Positions 58,490 to 64,000 of a stretch of DNA of 64,000 bases are shown here, piece after piece (the stretch's first letter is position 1; the number at the start of each line of letters is the position of its first letter). The stretch comes from Armatimonadota bacterium (lineage in GTDB: Bacteria; Armatimonadota; SYMT01). A program made the translations under genes and the position numbers. The notes beneath the pieces were generated by a model. That model worked only from the letters and a program-made list of their open reading frames with translations, was not told where the DNA came from and ran no database searches. The stretch spans positions 371,261-435,260 of the forward strand of contig JAWLHY010000005.1 of assembly GCA_041690135.1 (NCBI GenBank), given 5' to 3'.

Positions 58490-58797
58490 ATGACCACGTA
58501 CCGGGTCGGCTACTTCATCGGAAGCATCGCCAGGGCGTCGATCAACCGCACGCTCTCAAAAGCGCTCATTCGTCTTGCGCCAGCCGGTCTGGAGTTTGTG
58601 GAAATCCCCATTAAGGATCTTCCGCTCTACAGCTACGACTACGACGAGGATTATCCGCCGGAGGGAAGGGCGCTCAAAGAGGCCATCGCCCGCGTCGACG
58701 CGGTCCTGTTCGTGACCCCGGAATACAATCGCTCCATCCCAGGCGGACTCAAGAACGCCATCGACTGGGCGAGTCGCCCCTGGGGAACGAATTCCTT
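58490..58797 (+). pseudogene. 3'-truncated NADPH-dependent FMN reductase
   Basis: AAGGAG RBS, GSIARASINR, FVTPEYNRSIPGGLKNAIDWASRPWG; similarity stops abruptly after about 100 aa. Confidence 0.82.
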
Positions 58798-59508
58798 GTG
58801 CGTCGACGGCAAAGCCAGGCAGGGGGGCGGCTTCCTCTTCGCCCGCCCAGGGCGTTCGTGCGGGCGCTGCATTTCGCGGTTCTTGCTTCCTCGTCTTCAT
58901 GGTTTTCGCTCATTGGGCCGCGCAACGGGTCCGCGTTGTTTCATCCGGAGCGCCCGGAATGTGAGTTCTTCCCCGCGATCAGGTCCGCCGTGTGCTCTTC
59001 CACCGCCTCCAGAAATCCCTGGGCCGGGTGCCGCTCTCGGAACTCGGACACCGGAAGCAGCGCTCGTCCCACTCTGACCTGCACGTGCGCCTCCGAAAAC
59101 TAGAGGCGCCTGTCCACTCGGTTCCGCGACACGCGCCGCAGCACGTGGTCTTTGACGCTGCCGAAGGTCATACACGGATCCTCGCGCGTCCCCAATCTTT
59201 GACTTCCCAACCCAAGCAGATCATAACCGCTCGCAGTCGCTTCCATCCTCATCACGCACTGTGGCATACCCACAAGAAGCCGGGCCGGACCTCGATCCCG
59301 GAGAAGCCCGGAGCGACGGCCGGCGCCTTCCGCACTGTGCGCGGAAACTTGGGCCCCGGTGTCTTCCTGCAGGCCGCCCACCGTACTCATGCGCGCCAGG
59401 ATGCCGGACGCCCTTCCCGTTCCAGGTAGTGCTCGGCGTCCAGGAAGATCATGCACGGCGAACTCGACCCCGCCCGGCCCGGCTGCACCCACACAGTCCG
59501 CTCCGAGC

Positions 59509-60354
59509 TCAGCAGGTCACAGCTGAAGGCGGTACTCTCGAATGGATCCATGCTTGCCTGACATCCAACGCTAACTGCACGGCGGGACTGGTCGAGTTGG
59601 GGTAAGCGATGGTGGTCCGTTTGCCCGCCGGGATCAAGGTTCCTAGCCTCCGTGGGGGCTCTTTGGAGGAGTGGCATCGTTCCAGGAGTGAAATCACCTG
59701 GTCGTAGCGCCTGAGAAATTCGCGCTCCGACGGCTGCGGACTCCTACCGTAGAGCTCCTGTGCCCGAGCTTTATGCGCTCGCACATAGGAATGCACGGAA
59801 AACCTGCACCCTTTCCACTGGGAGTCTTCGCCTTCCACAAAGGTCGCCTTCGGATCGGCGCCATGCTTCAGCAGCAGGCGCACCAGTTCGACGTTCCCCC
59901 CACTGCCGGCGAGGGCCAGGACAGTCGGCGCATCGCCCTCTCGGCGCTCCACATCGATTCCACGGTCAACCAGGTTTCTTACCGCAGCGTTGTAGTCGTA
60001 CGCGACTGCGATCGGAAGCAAACGGTGGCAGAGCGTGTCGTTCGGATTTGGACGACTTTCGATGACGGCCAGCATCATGCCGGCAGCCTTTGCATGGTTG
60101 TATTCGTTGATGAACTCCGGGTGAACGACTTCCATCAGCGCATCATAGAGAGCCTCCTGGTGCCACCTTTCGTCCTGGGTGGCGCGGTTATCCGCCAGCC
60201 ACTGCCGCAGTGCGCCTATGTCGCCAGATCGGAATACGGAAAACAAATGCCGATTCGAAGCAGATGCCATCCATCCGGCATGCACCCGGTCCACTGCTGC
60301 CAGGATTGTCAGCAGGCAGATGCCCAGCACCAGCACGTGTCTTGAGAAGTTCAT
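59509..60354 (-). CDS. secreted ankyrin-repeat protein
   Basis: Signal peptide, AVRNLVDRGIDV, TVLALAGSGGNVELVRLLLKHGADP. Confidence 0.72.
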   Translation of the reverse strand: MNFSRHVLVLGICLLTILAAVDRVHAGWMASASNRHLFSVFRSGDIGALRQWLADNRATQDERWHQEALYDALMEVVHPEFINEYNHAKAAGMMLAVIESRPNPNDTLCHRLLPIAVAYDYNAAVRNLVDRGIDVERREGDAPTVLALAGSGGNVELVRLLLKHGADPKATFVEGEDSQWKGCRFSVHSYVRAHKARAQELYGRSPQPSEREFLRRYDQVISLLERCHSSKEPPRRLGTLIPAGKRTTIAYPNSTSPAVQLALDVRQAWIHSRVPPSAVTC

Positions 60355-60581
60355 CGCAGATAGATCCGACCTATCCCGTCGTGAGCCCAAGCCGATCGAA
60401 CTACCCCATCCTCGAAATGCGGTGGGAACACCCGCCGCATGGGGATGATCCGGCTCAAGCACCAAATTGCCGCCCCGTGCAGACAGACTCCACCTTCGGC
60501 CAACAGGGAATTCCGGGTTGTTCTATCGAACATCCATGACAACACGGGCCCGCGCGTGGGGTCCTCTCGGAGGTTTTCAGG

Positions 60582-61862
60582 ATGAGTGAATCGATCGATC
60601 GGCGCCGGCTACTTGGCGTCGCGGCCGGTGCAGCGGTAGGGCTGGGCGCGCGCCCGGCCCGGGCTCTCGGTTCGAATAACCGGATCGTCGTGGGGGTGAT
60701 GGGCATGGGCGGACGCGGGACCGCCCTGGCGAAGGGCTTCCAGCAGCAGCCGAACGTGGAGGTCGCTTACACCTGCGATGTCGATCAGGCGCGGGCCGAG
60801 AAGGCCGCCGCGGAGGTCGCGAAGGTATCCGGGGGACGCGCTCCCGCCGCAATCACCGATTTCCGCCGTATCCTTGAGGACAAGGCGGTGGACGTCCTTG
60901 TGGTGGCCACCAGCAACCACTGGCACGCCCCGGCCGCCATCCTGGGCGCCACCGCCGGCAAGCATGTCTACGTGGAGAAGCCGTGCAGCCATAACGCCCG
61001 CGAGGGGGAGTTGATGGTCGAGGCCGCCCGGAAGTACGACCGTCGCATGCAGATGGGCAACCAGCGCCGCACCTGGCCGAAGGTCCGCGAGGGGATCGAG
61101 CTGGTCCGGAATGGCGAGATCGGCCGGGTCACCTTCGCGGAGTGCTGGTACACCAACTCCCGTGGGAGCATTGGTAAGGGGAAGTCCGCACCGGTGCCCG
61201 CGGGGTTGGACTACGATCTGTGGCAGGGTCCCGCGCCGCGCAAGGCGTTCCGCGACAATTACCTGCACTACAACTGGCACTGGTTCTGGCACTGGGGCAA
61301 CGGCGAGCTGGGCAACAACGGCATCCACACGCTCGACCTCTGCCGCTGGGGCCTGGGCGTGGACTACCCGGTCCAGGTAACCTCCCTGGGCGGCCGCTAC
61401 CGCTTCCAGGACGACCAGGAAACGCCGGACACTAACATGGTCACCTACACCTTTCCGGACGGCAAGATGGCGACCTGGCATGGCCTGAGCTGCAACCGGC
61501 ATCCGGACGGCCAGAAGGCCGATGCGGTCTTCTACGGGGAGAACGGCAGCCTGGCAATCCGGGGCGGTGGTTATGCGCTCTACGATGCTGCGGGCAAGGA
61601 AGTGAAGAAGGTGACCGGCCCCGCCGGCGATGCCAGCCACATTGCCAACTTCCTCGACGCGGTTCGCGGCGAGGGGAAGCTGAACAGCGAGATCGAGGAA
61701 GGTCACAAGAGCACCCTGATGTGCCACGTCGGCAACATCGCCTACCGGGCCGGCAAGGTGCTCCGGTGCAACCCCAAAGACGGCCACCTCGTCGGCGAGA
61801 AGGGCCTGATGAACGAGCACTGGAGCCGCGAGTACGCGAAGGGCTGGGAGCCCAAGGTCTAG
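60582..61862 (+). CDS. Tat-exported Gfo/Idh/MocA oxidoreductase
   Basis: DRRRLL, GMGGRG, NHWH, YVEKP, HYNWHWFWHWGNGELGNNGIH. Paralog of 17567-18847. Confidence 0.92.
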   Translation: MSESIDRRRLLGVAAGAAVGLGARPARALGSNNRIVVGVMGMGGRGTALAKGFQQQPNVEVAYTCDVDQARAEKAAAEVAKVSGGRAPAAITDFRRILEDKAVDVLVVATSNHWHAPAAILGATAGKHVYVEKPCSHNAREGELMVEAARKYDRRMQMGNQRRTWPKVREGIELVRNGEIGRVTFAECWYTNSRGSIGKGKSAPVPAGLDYDLWQGPAPRKAFRDNYLHYNWHWFWHWGNGELGNNGIHTLDLCRWGLGVDYPVQVTSLGGRYRFQDDQETPDTNMVTYTFPDGKMATWHGLSCNRHPDGQKADAVFYGENGSLAIRGGGYALYDAAGKEVKKVTGPAGDASHIANFLDAVRGEGKLNSEIEEGHKSTLMCHVGNIAYRAGKVLRCNPKDGHLVGEKGLMNEHWSREYAKGWEPKV

Positions 61863-62174
61863 CGCATCCCCCGTGGCCGCTTACGAATCGAAAGCCACAG
61901 ATTGCACAGATTGAGGAAATGATGGAGGGGCTCCGCGAGTGTGCGGAGCCCCTTCTGCGCAGGCGCCATTCGCAGTTCCGGGAGCAACTCCGGTAATCAC
62001 ATAGCGTCCCCGAATGGCCATAAATGTGCGAAAGGCATGGATTGGTTCTCCACACGACTGGAGCGGGGAAGGGTGCTTGACGAACTCTCTACCGGTACGC
62101 TTCTAGGAGCTATTCAGTAGTTCATCCATGCTCCAGGCAGATGTAGGCCAACCGGGAACAGTCTTTTGTAAGGT

Positions 62175-63905
62175 CTAAACTCTCCGCAGGGGCTGGGAGA
62201 ACAGCATATCCACGATGGGAATGGGTGCGGGGAACTGCTGACCACCGCCGAAGAACTCCGGTCCGGTGGTCGCCTTCCGGTCGTGGAGCTGCGCGATGGT
62301 GGAGACGTCCATTCTCCCCAGGATCACGGGGGTGAGCGGCTCCCCCATCCGGTGGGTGGATGGGTAAGCAAAAGCCTCGATCCGCACGAAGAGCGGGCGC
62401 AGGGTGCCGTCGCCGTTCCGTTCCAGCGGGAATTCCGCCTCGGTGCGATCCACGATCTTCTCGATGCCCCGGTCCGTGACGAACCGGATCTGGACGTTCG
62501 GCCTGCGGGTACGGTCGTGTCCCGTCACCGAAACCCGTACTGCGGTAGGTCGGCCTTCACGGTCGCGCCGGACCGTGATCTCCCGAAAGCGGAAGTTGCT
62601 CTGGTCGTAGGGGGGTGCCACCTCCCCTTTCTCGTTCGTCGCCAGGGAACCGATGAGCCCAAAAAACGCTCCCCGGCGATAGGCCACCAGGGCATCCCGC
62701 TCTCGCTGCTCCCGAGTGCGGCCTTGTGGGTTGGGGACGAGCAGGACGTTTCGACCCCTGGCGAAGGTGCGGTGGTCCTTGACGAAGAACCCCCAGCAGC
62801 GGCGCCCGGTCCGCAAGATCTCATCCCAGAGTTGATAGAAGTGGAGGTGAGGACCCGGGTTCGCGTTGTAGAAGCCACCGGGCGCGCCGAAGCCGGTCGT
62901 CAGTTCGTTCCATACCTCGATGCCGAGGACGCGCGGATCGAAGTCCAGCATCGGGAGGTAGTCGCTCACTTTCCCGGTGGGATGGTTCAGGGTGATCCCG
63001 CCGCCGTCCGGAAAGAGCAATCCTCCCTCTTCCCCCTCTCCATCCAGCGCGGCCCGGAAGACGTCGCGCCAGGGCCGGTTGGTCCCCTGCATCAAGCGGA
63101 ACTGGGTTACGGCGGTGCGATCCGGATCGTAACGGAGCAGGGTCTCCAGGGCGGTGGAGGTCGTGCGCAGGTAGATCGAGCCACCAGTCACCGGCCGGTC
63201 CCGGACCGGCCCCTTCGGCGCGAAGGAAGCGCGCGGATCGCATTCCACCGCGCCGTCTATCGTGAGGGTGGCGCCGGGATTTCCAGCTTGTCCGGGCCTC
63301 GAGGTGAGCCGGACGTCCAGTCGGTAGACACCGAGCCAGGGACGCCGCTCCGCGTTGAACAGGTTGAGGCCTTCGAAGCGATGTCGCAGGGGAGAGGCGG
63401 AGAGTTCCTTGCTGCTCAGGCTGCTTCCGTGCCCGGTGGATAGCCGGCTGCCCAGGCCGTTGAAGTGCAGCCCGCTGTCCACGAACGAGTGCTGTTCCGC
63501 ATTCGGGGCGCCAATCACGTCCGGGTGCGTCCGGAGGTAGGCGTCGGGGACGGGAGTGGGCGCCGATGGGTAGTAGTTGCTGAACGCGAAGTGCCGGTAG
63601 CCCATCGCGTAGAACACGTCGCGTGAGCTGTCGTTCTGGCCCTGGTGCTGGTGCGACATGGAGTGCAGGTAGGTGTGATTCCCCCATTCCACTCCAGAAT
63701 ACGGGTTGTCGAGGTCTCGGCCCGGAGCGGCTGCGTGTGTCGCTTTTTCGACACCTCTACACTCCTCGGCGCCCACCGCGCCCAATCCGCCGGCAGCGCC
63801 CGATAGACCCAGCACCGATACTACAAAGTTTCTTCGGTCCACTCCTCTACTCCTGAAGAATCGCCTCACCAGTTCTCCCAGTCGATTGTCGGTCCCTTCA
63901 CGCAT
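62175..63905 (-). CDS. Tat-exported divergent PHP-like metallohydrolase
   Basis: DRRNFV, SHQH, PNAEQH..LHFNG, TLNHPT, LGIEVWN, WGFFVKDH, FSQP. Start uncertain. Confidence 0.65.
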   Translation of the reverse strand: MREGTDNRLGELVRRFFRSRGVDRRNFVVSVLGLSGAAGGLGAVGAEECRGVEKATHAAAPGRDLDNPYSGVEWGNHTYLHSMSHQHQGQNDSSRDVFYAMGYRHFAFSNYYPSAPTPVPDAYLRTHPDVIGAPNAEQHSFVDSGLHFNGLGSRLSTGHGSSLSSKELSASPLRHRFEGLNLFNAERRPWLGVYRLDVRLTSRPGQAGNPGATLTIDGAVECDPRASFAPKGPVRDRPVTGGSIYLRTTSTALETLLRYDPDRTAVTQFRLMQGTNRPWRDVFRAALDGEGEEGGLLFPDGGGITLNHPTGKVSDYLPMLDFDPRVLGIEVWNELTTGFGAPGGFYNANPGPHLHFYQLWDEILRTGRRCWGFFVKDHRTFARGRNVLLVPNPQGRTREQRERDALVAYRRGAFFGLIGSLATNEKGEVAPPYDQSNFRFREITVRRDREGRPTAVRVSVTGHDRTRRPNVQIRFVTDRGIEKIVDRTEAEFPLERNGDGTLRPLFVRIEAFAYPSTHRMGEPLTPVILGRMDVSTIAQLHDRKATTGPEFFGGGQQFPAPIPIVDMLFSQPLRRV

Positions 63906-64000
63906 TGGTGGGTAACTTATGAGACGGGTGCTACGGGCGACGCGTTCCGGACCCTCGGGTGGCAAAGTTGTCAGTAGATCCCGTCAGGGCTATACTATGG

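Noticed and set aside
1-64000. tRNA, rRNA, tmRNA or RNase P genes
   Set aside because: No recognisable conserved signatures on either strand by eye. A tRNAscan/Infernal run would be needed to exclude them fully.

Overview
GC-rich bacterial window. Three Tat-exported Gfo/Idh/MocA oxidoreductases, a copper-amine-oxidase-N/BsuPI-like protein and dispersed short palindromic repeats suggest Armatimonadota or a similar lineage; this is an inference only. Positions 1-19 kb are mostly metabolic genes: MscS-cNMP, an HD protein, a TPP pyruvate oxidase-like enzyme, an FAD/Fe-S oxidoreductase, a desaturase and an SDR. Positions ~19.3-36.3 kb are an island bounded on the left by a decayed copy of a gene 3' end and on the right by an IS630 remnant. 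It carries a vWA-MoxR-VMAP ternary conflict system (EAD-trypsin, VMAP, MoxR and a 2771-aa vWA effector) plus a divergent trypsin-lipase fusion. The giant effector strings together wHTH repeats, DUF4062, a RelA/SpoT-type TGS domain, a receiver domain, HEAT repeats, a caspase-like domain and TIR. Three of these (TGS, receiver, caspase) appear to have lost their key residue and may be decoys. Positions 36-64 kb are a mosaic accessory region with many gene fragments and an FGE/sulfatase/SulP cluster. The best candidate for an undescribed system is at 45.8-48.6 kb: a 71-aa peptide with an Asp-rich (DADxT)n core, a hairpin, a JmjC/cupin_4 hydroxylase and a sucrase-ferredoxin-GNAT fusion, arranged like a RiPP cluster. 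No rRNA, tRNA or CRISPR array was seen. All family calls come from recognising motifs by eye, not from database searches.
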